Below, piece by piece: positions 38,822-48,609 of a stretch of 64,000 bases of DNA; position 1 is the stretch's first letter, and each line of letters opens with the position of its first letter. The notes under the pieces were generated by a model. The model was not told where the DNA came from. It made no database searches and saw only the letters and a list, made by a program, of their open reading frames with translations. Where the stretch lies: the NCBI GenBank assembly GCA_001778235.1, contig MFGJ01000007.1:193476-257475 (forward strand), given 5' to 3'. The stretch is from Candidatus Falkowbacteria bacterium RIFOXYC2_FULL_36_12. Its GTDB lineage: Bacteria; Patescibacteriota; Patescibacteriia; UBA11705. The translations under genes were made by a program, and so were the position numbers.

Positions 38822-39184
38822 TTATTTTTTATAATTTTCAATTGCTTTTTTCAAAGCTTCTTCTGCAAGAATAGAACAATGGAATTTCGGGGCTGGGATA
38901 CCACCGAGAACATCAACGATATCCTGTTTGCTGATTTTCAAGGCATCATCTAAAGATTTTCCCTTGGCTAAATCAGTTAAAACAGAAGAGGTGGCAATAG
39001 CGGCGGCACAACCAAGTGTTTCAAACTTTATATCATCAATCTTATCATTATTAATCTTCAGATAAACTTTCATAATATCGCCACATTTCATATTCCCAAC
39101 TTCACCGACAGCATCAGCATCTTTTATGTCTCCCTGATTGTGAGGATTTTTGAAATGTTCTATGAGTTTTTCCGTGTATTGCAT
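38822..39184 (-). CDS. iscU: Fe-S scaffold IscU/NifU N-terminal domain protein
   Basis: HFKNPHNQG, CGD, GCAAAIA, KFHCS. Confidence 0.94.
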   Translation of the reverse strand: MQYTEKLIEHFKNPHNQGDIKDADAVGEVGNMKCGDIMKVYLKINNDKIDDIKFETLGCAAAIATSSVLTDLAKGKSLDDALKISKQDIVDVLGGIPAPKFHCSILAEEALKKAIENYKK

Positions 39185-39192
39185 ATTGTTAT

Positions 39193-39567
39193 TTAAATTA
39201 AATCTTTTAATGTTATTGAATTTAGAGTTGAGTCAATTTGTTCATAAAGCTTTTGCCAAACAGGATGGACTTTACAACAAGTAACATTGCATTCAGCGCA
39301 GTCAATTTTATAAAGTTCACCTTCAAGTGCTTGAACTATTTCAGCTACATTGACTTGATTTGCTGGTTTGGACAAAATATAACCACCTTGCACGCCTTTG
39401 AAACTGGTAATTAAATCGGCTTTTTTTAACATAGCAAAAATTCTCTCCAGGTATGCCAATGATATATTTTCTATTTTTGCAATCGAAGCCAAAGAAACTG
39501 GTTCATCTGAATCAGCTAAATGCATAATGGCCCGTAGACCATATTCTGCCTTAGTACTAAACTTCAT
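39193..39567 (-). CDS. iscR: Rrf2 family regulator (IscR-like)
   Basis: STKAEYGLRA, YLERIF, GVQGGY, Cys cluster CAECNVTCC; heads the isc genes. Confidence 0.85.
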   Translation of the reverse strand: MKFSTKAEYGLRAIMHLADSDEPVSLASIAKIENISLAYLERIFAMLKKADLITSFKGVQGGYILSKPANQVNVAEIVQALEGELYKIDCAECNVTCCKVHPVWQKLYEQIDSTLNSITLKDLI

Positions 39568-39569
39568 AT

Positions 39570-40085
39570 GTTACAAAATTACGAAAAATTACAAACATTA
39601 CAAAAGTTAGAATTAGTGAGTTACGAAACTACAAAAGATTACGAACATTACAAAAATTAGAATTAGATATTGTTTAGAATTCTATAAATATCTGCTTTTT
39701 CTGACCCAAAAAGAACCAGCAATCCCAATTTATACCCAGACAACTTCAAATATTCAGTTACCTGATCAAAATCTTTTTGGTATAATCTTTTACCTACTTT
39801 CACTTCTATAACGATTTTATCATCAATAATAAAGTCAAAATATCTGTTGCTTAATTTTTCACTATATAATGTTAAAGGAACTTTATATTGTTCTTCAAAT
39901 GAAATATTGTTTTGTTTTAATAGCTTCCCCAAACTTTGGCAATAAGTTTTTTCTCTGTATCCAGGACCATGATATTTAAAAACTTGAAAAACAATCCCAT
40001 TCAAAACATAACTTAGATCTTTATATATTAGCTTATCTACGCTCATATTTTCGTAATCTTTTGTAGTCTTTTGTAGTTTTGTAAT
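39570..40085 (-). mobile_element. Inverted-repeat-flanked GxxExxY cassette 2 (putatively mobile)
   Basis: TACRAAA 9-mer arrays at 39570-39657 and inverted at 40050-40085; 18-nt exact inverted core ACTACAAAAGATTACGAA. Confidence 0.6.
39663..40046 (-). CDS. GxxExxY protein
   Basis: GYREKTY; FDFIIDDKIVIEVK; paralogue of 35043..35423; start at ATG 40046. Confidence 0.92.
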   Translation of the reverse strand: MSVDKLIYKDLSYVLNGIVFQVFKYHGPGYREKTYCQSLGKLLKQNNISFEEQYKVPLTLYSEKLSNRYFDFIIDDKIVIEVKVGKRLYQKDFDQVTEYLKLSGYKLGLLVLFGSEKADIYRILNNI

Positions 40086-40089
40086 CACA

Positions 40090-40146
40090 ATACCCAACTA
40101 AAAAAGTAGGTATTTATATAATACCTACTTTTTAATAAATCGTCAA
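40090..40146 (-). promoter_or_regulatory. isc operon promoter with IscR/Rrf2-like operator
   Basis: TTGACG-17-TATTAT (40146-40118); ATACCCAACTAAAAAAGTAGGTAT resembles IscR type-1 boxes; AAAAAGTAGGTATT also occurs inverted over the -10 region. Confidence 0.65.
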
Positions 40147-40155
40147 GTATTAATC

Positions 40156-40989
40156 TTATTTCCAAACAACCAGGAAAGTTTTGTTTCCGCCAAGCATTTT
40201 CTGGGCTTTTTGCTCATCTGATAATGTATTATCATCGTAAGGACGAAAAACTTTATTATCAATTGTTGGTAAATCATAGATTGCGTCAATCAAGGTCTGA
40301 TATTTGTATTTGTAATTCTCCCCTTTTCTCGTACCAACATCATTGGTGATAAATTGATTGCGGTCATAACCTGTGATGACAAGCATATGATAAAGTGGGC
40401 CTGGAGCTGTAAAATTTGGATTGCCCAGTTCCCTACCGGCAAATGGGGCTATGATTAATTTACCTTCAGCAAGGTATTTTTTTATAGAATCAACTGAAAC
40501 ATTAACAATTATTTCTGTATTAAAACCAAAATATTCCCTGGCAATCTTCTCGACTTCATTTATATTGGTATCAGAATATAGTCCTAAATTGGTATTTTCC
40601 CATTCAACTAACTTTTTTATCTCTTCATCCATAATAGCTGGCGTCAAATCTGAATGAGTAAAAAATTTATCAGCATTAATTAATGAAGCTTCTTCACAAG
40701 CTTCCTGATACGGCAAATCCCAATTGGCATAGGGAGCTTGAGAGGCAAATGCCACTTTATTTTTTACAACGGCTGGGAATTCTAGCTCGGATTCTTCTGA
40801 TTTAAGATTTATTGTTTCTTCAACCAGAGGATCTTGATTACTAAAATTATCAATCTCTACTTGTGGCAAAATCAAGAGTTCTTCGGATTGATCAACTGCT
40901 GGATTATCTCCATCTACCTTGTCAGCTGGTAGCTGGAACAGACAACCTACTAACAAGAATGGAATTAATGCAATAAAAATAATTTTCAT
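40156..40989 (-). CDS. Lipoprotein with peptidase C39-like domain
   Basis: LLVGC lipobox; SQAP...EACEEAS, YHMLVITGY, TNDVG. Confidence 0.85.
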   Translation of the reverse strand: MKIIFIALIPFLLVGCLFQLPADKVDGDNPAVDQSEELLILPQVEIDNFSNQDPLVEETINLKSEESELEFPAVVKNKVAFASQAPYANWDLPYQEACEEASLINADKFFTHSDLTPAIMDEEIKKLVEWENTNLGLYSDTNINEVEKIAREYFGFNTEIIVNVSVDSIKKYLAEGKLIIAPFAGRELGNPNFTAPGPLYHMLVITGYDRNQFITNDVGTRKGENYKYKYQTLIDAIYDLPTIDNKVFRPYDDNTLSDEQKAQKMLGGNKTFLVVWK

Positions 40990-41154
40990 GTTTTTATGGT
41001 TAATTTAGTTTAATTTTACTATATCTTATTCATATTCACAAGTTGTCTTGACAAAGATCAATTATTTATGTACTATATAGCTACATATCAATAAATTAAC
41101 TTTTATTTTATCCCCTATTTTAGGGATAACCTTCAATATTAACCTGAAACTAAT

Positions 41155-41445
41155 ATGGCACATAAAGCAGCGGGCGGATCCACCTCGAATGGTCGCGATT
41201 CAGTGGCTAAAAGATTAGGCGTCAAGAAATATGCTGGACAAACTGTTATTGCTGGAAATATTATTGTCCGCCAAAGAGGAACAAAGCTCCATCCCGGCAA
41301 GAATACAAAAAGAGGAAATGATGACACTCTGTTTGCAACAAGTAACGGAGTCACAAAATATCTGACAAAAAAAGTAAGAAATTTCACTGGAAAATTGGTA
41401 AAAAGAACCTTTGTCAGCATTGAAACAGCAATTGCAAAAAAATAA
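41155..41445 (+). CDS. rpmA: 50S ribosomal protein bL27
   Basis: [29 protein letters not shown]. Confidence 0.97.
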   Translation: MAHKAAGGSTSNGRDSVAKRLGVKKYAGQTVIAGNIIVRQRGTKLHPGKNTKRGNDDTLFATSNGVTKYLTKKVRNFTGKLVKRTFVSIETAIAKK

Positions 41446-41492
41446 CTTCCAATAAATAAAAAGAGTCAGCAAGTTTAGCTGATTCTTTTGTT

Positions 41493-43331
41493 TTAGTTAA
41501 AACAATTTATAGTTTCAAACCAAATTTCACCCTCGCCACGATAATCTATTCGGCCTTGACCAGATTCAAACAGATTATTACATTCAATCGAAGCCAAGGC
41601 ATAATCAAAATCAGACCAATCAGCATTAGCACAATTGTAATCAACCCAAGGTCTTCCTCGCTGACACAATTCTTCAAAACTAATGTCAAAAACTAATCTT
41701 TCAAACTGGGATAAATTTCCGGAAGAACCATACCAGATATGAACAGTGTAACCAACTGGGCAAATAATTGTACATGATAACAAGTTATCCGACTGATTGC
41801 TCTGATCATCAATAGTAACATTTTCAAAATCTTCATCAGTCTGGCCATCACAATCATTATCAACATTATCAAAAATTTCTTGACTGGCAAGAACTTGTTC
41901 CTGTGTCAAGACCCAATGGAAATCTTGGCAAACTGATATTTCAGGCTGACATTGACCAATATTATTTGTTTCTTCTGACCCAGAATAACTTTGGATAACA
42001 TCATCAAAGCCACATTCTCTGTTGATTAAAGTGAAATCAAAACATTGTTCTTGACTGGACTCTTCAATCATAGACCCACCATACTGAAAACCTGATTCAA
42101 ATTCTGATTGGCTTAGATGAAAAATCTGTTGATAATCAAACCCCAGTCGCCAAAACGCACCTTCGTTTTCAAATGGATAAATATTTCCCGAGTTACCTGC
42201 AAGATATATTGTGCTAGAAGAATTTGACTTTAGTAACGATCCTGTCCTGAAATATAAAAATCCACCATCCTGACAACTCTGTTTTTCTCGGTTATAATTA
42301 AAAGTTGATACTGGCCAAAAATTAGAGGAATTCAGATTCCAGGATTCCAGTGTTGAAACAGAAGCAAATTCATAAGAAAAACAAATTAAATTATTTGAAT
42401 CAAGCCTTTCAAGCATCAAATACTTTTGACCATCAGTAATATACTCGCGGATTGGAAGCCAATCTATATCTTCGCCCCTTTCATAACAAGCAAACTCTTC
42501 CTGGCTAATATAAACAATTTTCTGCCAATCAAACTCGTGAGCGAGGAATACTTGTTCATTTTCAATCAACCGTAATCTCTGGGATTCCAACAAATAGATT
42601 TCTGATTGTCCATAAATCTGAACCAAGACATTGTCAGGATGCCATAAAGATTGCAGAGAATTCTGAAGAATAAATTCTGTAGGGTTGACCCAATTATCAT
42701 GGATAGTATGAGGTTGATTCCAACCTTCACTACTGTAACCTCGAACATAAATTGCTGGGTTTGTATTATCGAATCTTCCTAGTCTAATACCGAAATGCAG
42801 ATGATGCCAGTTAACGGTGGTTGTTGGACCATGCCAATATGATGCTACCTTGCCAACATACTGTCCTTTGTAAACAATTGAACCGACTGGAGCCAATCCT
42901 GATTGATTTTCATAATTATAATTGGTTGAACCTGATTGAAGATGGCCAAGAAGAACTGTAAATTCAGTGCCTGTTTCCAATTGACAAGCAATAACAAGAA
43001 CATAGCCACGATAGTTTGGACTGGCAGAACTATCTGAACCATAACCAGTAAAACTGATATTATCACTTATCATTACTTGACCTGTGCATGGTGAATAAAC
43101 AGCTGTACCAACAGGTGTTCTGGAAACTAAAGTATCTTCAGCTAAATGATAACCATTAAAAGCAGAATTAAAACCACCAAAACTGAAGCCCTGAATTTGC
43201 CACCAATTTGTTTTCAAGGGGAAACCGAGAGAATATGTGACTGGTAAATTGTTAGCTTTGGCTTCGGCAATACTCCAAAAAATTGTTATGAGAATAATGC
43301 TCCAAATAAATAAAAACCATCTAATTCTCAT
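41493..43331 (-). CDS. Secreted M23-family metallopeptidase with repeat and Cys-rich domains
   Basis: Signal peptide; HLAED, GH and HLHF Zn motifs; two IYL...R/YP.ENE..F...F repeats; DNDCDGQTDE motif; start at ATG 43331. Confidence 0.78.
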   Translation of the reverse strand: MRIRWFLFIWSIILITIFWSIAEAKANNLPVTYSLGFPLKTNWWQIQGFSFGGFNSAFNGYHLAEDTLVSRTPVGTAVYSPCTGQVMISDNISFTGYGSDSSASPNYRGYVLVIACQLETGTEFTVLLGHLQSGSTNYNYENQSGLAPVGSIVYKGQYVGKVASYWHGPTTTVNWHHLHFGIRLGRFDNTNPAIYVRGYSSEGWNQPHTIHDNWVNPTEFILQNSLQSLWHPDNVLVQIYGQSEIYLLESQRLRLIENEQVFLAHEFDWQKIVYISQEEFACYERGEDIDWLPIREYITDGQKYLMLERLDSNNLICFSYEFASVSTLESWNLNSSNFWPVSTFNYNREKQSCQDGGFLYFRTGSLLKSNSSSTIYLAGNSGNIYPFENEGAFWRLGFDYQQIFHLSQSEFESGFQYGGSMIEESSQEQCFDFTLINRECGFDDVIQSYSGSEETNNIGQCQPEISVCQDFHWVLTQEQVLASQEIFDNVDNDCDGQTDEDFENVTIDDQSNQSDNLLSCTIICPVGYTVHIWYGSSGNLSQFERLVFDISFEELCQRGRPWVDYNCANADWSDFDYALASIECNNLFESGQGRIDYRGEGEIWFETINCFN

Positions 43332-43914
43332 TTCTACTCTCCACTGCAACGGGGTGATTGATGGAAAATGAATTAATAATCAGATTATAATTTTCTGAAA
43401 TTAACTTATTTAAATCCTGATCTGAAAATTGGGACGGTACGGATTTCAAGACAAACATTACTTCAAAGCCAGAAGAAAGATATACATAATTTGTTTGAGG
43501 AATTAATCCATCATCATTTTGTCGCAAAATAATTTTTTTGAACTTATAACAAAGTTCATAGTCAGAATAATGCCACATATTTCTATTTTCAACCCTGAAA
43601 TGAATGGTCATTTCCGGTAATTGTTGAGAAAAAGCCTGGTCTTCAATCCAATAATCCTCAAGCTGTAATTTTACCTGTAGGGCAATAAGTTCCTCTGAAT
43701 TTTCTTTCAATTTTATTACTTTGAATTGATTGTAATAATTAAAACTGAAAAATTCATTTCGATAAACACCAAGATTGGAATCCAAGGTTGAAATTGTTCT
43801 ATTCCTCATTTGCGTTTCAGCAGTGATTGAAGCATCACTATCATTTGGGTTATTGATTTTATCATCGTAGTCACAACTTACAATCAGCAATAACATAAAC
43901 CATAATTTTTTCAT
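43321..43914 (-). CDS. Orphan lipoprotein, SD-led
   Basis: MKKLWFMLLLIVSC lipobox; AAGGAAAGGGG before ATG 43914. Confidence 0.75.
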   Translation of the reverse strand: MKKLWFMLLLIVSCDYDDKINNPNDSDASITAETQMRNRTISTLDSNLGVYRNEFFSFNYYNQFKVIKLKENSEELIALQVKLQLEDYWIEDQAFSQQLPEMTIHFRVENRNMWHYSDYELCYKFKKIILRQNDDGLIPQTNYVYLSSGFEVMFVLKSVPSQFSDQDLNKLISENYNLIINSFSINHPVAVESRNEN

Positions 43915-44130
43915 GATTGCACCCCTTTCCTTGGGTGTTGAGGGTTTGGTTGTAAGGAACAAACATCTGTTTTGATAATTTTATAATACTGCATAGAAAC
44001 CCAAGATTTAAGGAAAATGTTTTCCAATTTTGACAAAATTTTATAATAAAAAAAATTCCTGGAAGATAAGGAATAATTGAAGATAAATAATTGTTGGCAT
44101 GGACCGTCAAGAATTATTTAGTAAAGACAC

Positions 44131-44159
44131 TTGACAAATAATAAAAAATAGTTTACGAT
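44131..44159 (+). promoter_or_regulatory. Sigma70 promoter of the ncRNA
   Basis: TTGACA-17 nt-TACGAT. Confidence 0.75.
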
Positions 44160-44165
44160 AGTTTT

Positions 44166-44330
44166 GAATTGCTCGTCTATCAGGACGAGACAGTGACTTG
44201 AGGGTTCATAGGCGTTAGCCAGCAGAAATTCTGCTCGAGCACCTGGTGGGGTCCCCTCCTTTCCCCACTGGAAGAGCGCTTCCTCTTGTCACTTAGCCCG
44301 CCGATGCGTGCATCGGCGGGCTTTTCTTTT
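44166..44330 (+). ncRNA. Unclassified structured ncRNA with an anti-SD-like C-rich loop
   Basis: GC-rich island between a consensus promoter and a strong terminator; several clean helices; no credible ORF. Confidence 0.72.
44295..44330 (+). terminator. Intrinsic terminator
   Basis: AGCCCGCCGATGC-GT-GCATCGGCGGGCT followed by a T-rich tract. Confidence 0.85.
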
Positions 44331-44389
44331 TAAATAAAAAACACTCAATCATAAATGAAAAATCGAGTGAGTTTTTTTTATTTTATATT

Positions 44390-45379
44390 TTAACGATACA
44401 GGTGTTTCTCAACTTCAAATAATGTTGCTCGGGCATTTTCAATTGCAACTTTTGCCCCATTTTCAAGAATTGAATCAATATTTTTTTTATTTTTTACAAT
44501 TTCAGCTCGTTTTGCCTGGAAATCCTGAAGAAATCTTTTGACAATAGCAATAACCAGCTTTTTGAATTGGCCCATGACTTGCTGGCCTGATTTATGTTGA
44601 ACAATAATTTCGTCTATTTGTTTTTGTTCTGCCTCGGTGCTGTTCAAACCTTTGGCAATCAAGACTAAACTTTCAAGGCTTGGTGTCATTTGTTTGTCCA
44701 TGGCTGTTTGAGCTTTGTTTAATTTTTTTTCTGCTTCAGCCGGTGTATCGGTCAAAAAGATGGCGCCTTCAGGCAGACTTTTACTCATCTTGCTATCACC
44801 TTTTAATGACAAAATGCGAAGAGATTTAACTTGATGAACCTTTGGCAGAGTAAAAAAATTGCCATATTTTTTGTTAAATCTTTCAGCCAGCATTTTTGCA
44901 ACTTCCAAGTGCGCAACTTGATCTTCGCCGACCGGAATTTTTTTTGATTTTTGAATTAAGATATCAGAAGCCATTAAAACCGGATAAAAAAACAACAATG
45001 CGTTGGCTGATTCAGGTTTCTGGCCTTTTTTAATTTTATCTTTGATAGTCGGTACACGAAGCAATTCAGCAACGGTTGTTAGTCGAGCAAGATAAATACT
45101 AAGTGTCATGACTTCAGCCTTTATAGCTGACTGGACATAAATAGTAGTCTTTTCCGGATTAATACCAAGGGCGAGATAATCAGCGACTAATTCCTTGATA
45201 TATTTTTTTACCTCATGAGGCTCATAATCAGTAATCGCATGCAGGTCGGCAACAAAAAGAAAAGGCTTTTCACCTTTTTCCTGCAATTCTAAAAGTGGCT
45301 TGACTGCACCAAGATAATTGGCAATAGTCAAATTCCCTGTTGGCCGAACGCCGGTAAGAATGTTTACTTCGGTGGACAT
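44390..45379 (-). CDS. trpS: Tryptophan--tRNA ligase
   Basis: TGVRPTG.LTIAN, ADLHAIT, YPVLMASDIL, PVGEDQ, KMSKS. Confidence 0.95.
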   Translation of the reverse strand: MSTEVNILTGVRPTGNLTIANYLGAVKPLLELQEKGEKPFLFVADLHAITDYEPHEVKKYIKELVADYLALGINPEKTTIYVQSAIKAEVMTLSIYLARLTTVAELLRVPTIKDKIKKGQKPESANALLFFYPVLMASDILIQKSKKIPVGEDQVAHLEVAKMLAERFNKKYGNFFTLPKVHQVKSLRILSLKGDSKMSKSLPEGAIFLTDTPAEAEKKLNKAQTAMDKQMTPSLESLVLIAKGLNSTEAEQKQIDEIIVQHKSGQQVMGQFKKLVIAIVKRFLQDFQAKRAEIVKNKKNIDSILENGAKVAIENARATLFEVEKHLYR

Positions 45380-45517
45380 AAGATAATAGTTGATAGATTA
45401 AAGATTAGAGTTGTAATACGAGTATATTACTATTCTTATTCTAGCATTAAATAGCCTTATTTTCAACAAAATCAAATGTGCCCTTGACAAATTGGCTTAA
45501 TTTTGATATAATTTCAA

Positions 45518-45641
45518 GTTAGTATTGTTCATTCATATATTCGGCCAACAGCGCTGACTCACTTCCGGCTACCGCGAATCAGACGCAAATCTGCGTCAAA
45601 ACCTCAAAAAACAAGAAGCTGTCCTAACCGATGGCTTTTTC
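45518..45641 (+). ncRNA. Candidate sRNA or terminated leader upstream of typA
   Basis: Promoter TTGACA-17-TATAAT (45484-45512), GC-rich helices, terminator-like hairpin 45613-45640, second promoter 45643-45671. Confidence 0.5.
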
Positions 45642-45714
45642 ATTGACAAATTTTTAAATTTATTATATCATTGATTTTATGCGCTGAAGATTTTTAGCGA
45701 TTTTTACTAAATTT

Positions 45715-47502
45715 ATGGAAATTAGAAATATTGCGATTATTGCTCATGTGGATCATGGGAAAACAACACTGACTGATGCTATTATGCGACAAACAGGCAT
45801 GGTAAAAATGGATGATAAAGTCAGTATGGATAGCAATGCACTGGAGCAAGAACGAGGGATTACAATTTACTCAAAAAATACTTCTGTCTTTTATAAAGAC
45901 ACAAAAATAAATATCGTGGACACTCCTGGCCACGCTGATTTTGGTTCTGAAGTTGAACGAGTTTTGCGGTCAATTGATTCTGTGCTTCTGATTGTGGATG
46001 CTCAAGAAGGACCAATGCCACAGACAAAATTTGTGCTAAAAAAATCGCTTGATCTTGGGCTGAAGCCAATTGTTATTTTGAATAAAATAGATAAACCAGC
46101 GGCTGATCCTGTCAGATCTCATGAGCAAGTCTTGGAACTGTTTATGGATTTGGGAGCTAATGACGAGCAACTTGATTTTGTTACTCTCTATGCTGATGGA
46201 AAGGCTGGTATTGCCAAATGGAAAATGGAAGATGAAGGAAAAAATTTATTTCCAATTCTTGATGCTATCTTGCAATATGTGCCTCAAGCGCCAAGCGATA
46301 ATAAAGCTGATTTTAGAATGCAACCATTTAACCTGGCCTATGACAATTACTTAGGTAGATTGGCAATTGGAAGAATATATGAAGGAACTATAAAATCTGG
46401 CAGTAGAGTTGTAATAAAACAATCTACTGGTGAAACTAGAACTGGTAATATTACAAAAATTCAAACTTTCCAAGGTTTGGAAAAAGTGGAAGTTGACGAA
46501 GCTGTTGCCGGAGATATTGTAATGATTGCGGGTATTCCTGATATTTATATTGGAGAAACTATTTGTGCCAAAACAGATCAAACTCCATTGCCAGCAATTA
46601 CAATTGATGAACCAACTATTTCCATTAACTTTTTAGTAAATAATTCCCCATTTGCAGGACAAGATGGTAAATATGTAACTTCAAGACAAATCAAGGAACG
46701 ACTGGAAAAAGAATTGGAAGTCAATGTGGGACTAAAAGTTGATTTTTCTGCGATTGACCATTACAAAGTCTATGGACGAGGCGAAATGCATATTGCTGTA
46801 TTGCTAGAAAACATGAGACGCGAAGGGTTTGAACTGCAGGTGTCACAACCACAAGTTATTATAAAAGAAGAAAATGGTCAAAAACTGGAACCGTTTGAAG
46901 AAGTGACTATTGATATTCCGGGAGAATTTGCAGGCATTGTTATTGAAAAAATGGGTAAAAGAAAAGCGACTACAACTTTCATGGAAAATAAATCCGGACA
47001 AACAAGAATGATGTTCCACATACCTTCTCGTGGTTTGCTGGGTTATAGAGGTCAATTCATAATGGATACCAAAGGTGAAGGAATTCTGTGCTCTCAAATG
47101 ATCGGTTTCCGAGAATTTGTTGGGACAATTGAAAAAAGAAATGTTGGATCAATGATTTCTATGGCGACAGGTAAAGCTCTTGGTTTTTCTTTGGCAAATT
47201 TGCAAGAAAGAGGGACACTATATATTGGGCCACAGACTGAAGTCTATGAAGGTATGGTGATCGGCAATTCAGCCAAAGGTGAAGACCTAGCAGTGAATCC
47301 AATCAAAGGAAAACATCTGACAAATATGCGCTCGAGTGGAGCTGATGAAGCCCTGAACCTAACACCGCCAATAATTTTCACACTTGAAAGAGGTCTGGAA
47401 ATAATGGCTGAAGATGAATATATGGAAATCACTCCAAATAATTTACGAATTAGAAAAAAATATTTAACTGATCTTGAAAGGAAAAAACATCCAGTAAAAT
47501 AA
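45715..47502 (+). CDS. typA: Translational GTPase TypA/BipA
   Basis: [33 protein letters not shown]. Confidence 0.97.
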   Translation: MEIRNIAIIAHVDHGKTTLTDAIMRQTGMVKMDDKVSMDSNALEQERGITIYSKNTSVFYKDTKINIVDTPGHADFGSEVERVLRSIDSVLLIVDAQEGPMPQTKFVLKKSLDLGLKPIVILNKIDKPAADPVRSHEQVLELFMDLGANDEQLDFVTLYADGKAGIAKWKMEDEGKNLFPILDAILQYVPQAPSDNKADFRMQPFNLAYDNYLGRLAIGRIYEGTIKSGSRVVIKQSTGETRTGNITKIQTFQGLEKVEVDEAVAGDIVMIAGIPDIYIGETICAKTDQTPLPAITIDEPTISINFLVNNSPFAGQDGKYVTSRQIKERLEKELEVNVGLKVDFSAIDHYKVYGRGEMHIAVLLENMRREGFELQVSQPQVIIKEENGQKLEPFEEVTIDIPGEFAGIVIEKMGKRKATTTFMENKSGQTRMMFHIPSRGLLGYRGQFIMDTKGEGILCSQMIGFREFVGTIEKRNVGSMISMATGKALGFSLANLQERGTLYIGPQTEVYEGMVIGNSAKGEDLAVNPIKGKHLTNMRSSGADEALNLTPPIIFTLERGLEIMAEDEYMEITPNNLRIRKKYLTDLERKKHPVK

Positions 47503-47514
47503 AAATTTGCATAG

Positions 47515-47539
47515 AAAAAACGCCGTGAGGCGTTTTTTT
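47515..47539. terminator. Bidirectional terminator between typA and msrA
   Basis: AAAAAACGCC-GTGA-GGCGTTTTTT. Confidence 0.8.
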
Positions 47540-47569
47540 GTTAGAATTTTTCTGACTCCATGGTTCGGG

Positions 47570-48097
47570 TTATTCTAAACTATCTCCAAACTGGGCTTCA
47601 ACTTTGCGGATTTTTGGTGCGATATTGAGAATACAGTATGGTTTAGTAGTATTGTTTTTGTAATAATTCTGATGATAATCTTCAGCTGGATAAAACTTTA
47701 TCAACCGCCTAACTTCAGTAACAATTTTTATTTCATCTTTTAGTTGTTTTGCCTCAATAAAATTTTCAGCTTGTTGTCTCTGATCATCTTCAGTCCAGAA
47801 AATTATTGAGTGATATTGGGGACCGGCATCGTGGCCTTGTTTGTCCATGGAAGTTGGGTCATGCATAGCAAAAAAGATTTCAAACAAATCTTTCAACTCT
47901 AAAATTTCTGGATTGTATTCAATTTTCACAACTTCAATATGACCGGTTTGGCCGGAGCTGACTTGCTGATAAGTCGGATTATCAATTTCACCGCCAGCAT
48001 AGCCAGGAGCAACAGACTCAACACCTTTTATCATTTGAAAAACTGCTTCAGTGCACCAGAAGCAACCTCCGCCAAGTATAATTGTTTTATTTTTCAT
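47570..48097 (-). CDS. msrA: Peptide-methionine (S)-sulfoxide reductase
   Basis: GGGCFWC, GYAGG, HDPT, AEDYHQNY. Confidence 0.96.
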   Translation of the reverse strand: MKNKTIILGGGCFWCTEAVFQMIKGVESVAPGYAGGEIDNPTYQQVSSGQTGHIEVVKIEYNPEILELKDLFEIFFAMHDPTSMDKQGHDAGPQYHSIIFWTEDDQRQQAENFIEAKQLKDEIKIVTEVRRLIKFYPAEDYHQNYYKNNTTKPYCILNIAPKIRKVEAQFGDSLE

Positions 48098-48452
48098 AGG
48101 GTACAAATTTTATGGATAAGGAATTGACGCAATGACGAGTATTTTTTTCAGTGTAATGTTCATTTGTAAAAACATGCCCAAGATGAGCACCACAGTTAGC
48201 GCATTGAATTTCTGTTCTTTGTCCATCTGGGTCAGGCAGATGTTTGACTGCTCCCAAGATTTCCGCATCAAAGCTAGGCCAGCCACAATTGGTCTGGAAT
48301 TTGTGTTCGGATTTATATAGTTCAGCATTGCAACGACGACAGATGTATTTGCCTGTTTGGAAATGTTGATAATATTCACCAGAAAAAGCTGGTTCAGTGG
48401 CTTTGTTTTCTATAATGTTGGCTTCTTCGGGGGTGAGAGGGTTGTATTTCAT
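48087..48452 (-). CDS. msrB: Peptide-methionine (R)-sulfoxide reductase
   Basis: CGWPSF, RTEIQC, HLGHVF, RHCVNS. Confidence 0.96.
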   Translation of the reverse strand: MKYNPLTPEEANIIENKATEPAFSGEYYQHFQTGKYICRRCNAELYKSEHKFQTNCGWPSFDAEILGAVKHLPDPDGQRTEIQCANCGAHLGHVFTNEHYTEKNTRHCVNSLSIKFVPYEK

Positions 48453-48609
48453 ATAGTTAAATCATTATATATAATTGTAGCATGATTTAATAAAAACATT
48501 ATCTTTTCCCTAGTTCTAGCCAGTCATGTTGACAAATATCCTGATACATGATATCATATAGGTAGATAGAAGGTGCCAATCTCCCAACAGAACTCGAAAG
48601 GAGTTCCTC

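Noticed and set aside
44280-44290. 11-nt match (TTCCTCTTGTC) between the ncRNA and the antisense of the peptide leader at about 50160
   Set aside because: An 11-mer match is expected by chance at this search size, and the segment is paired in the predicted structure
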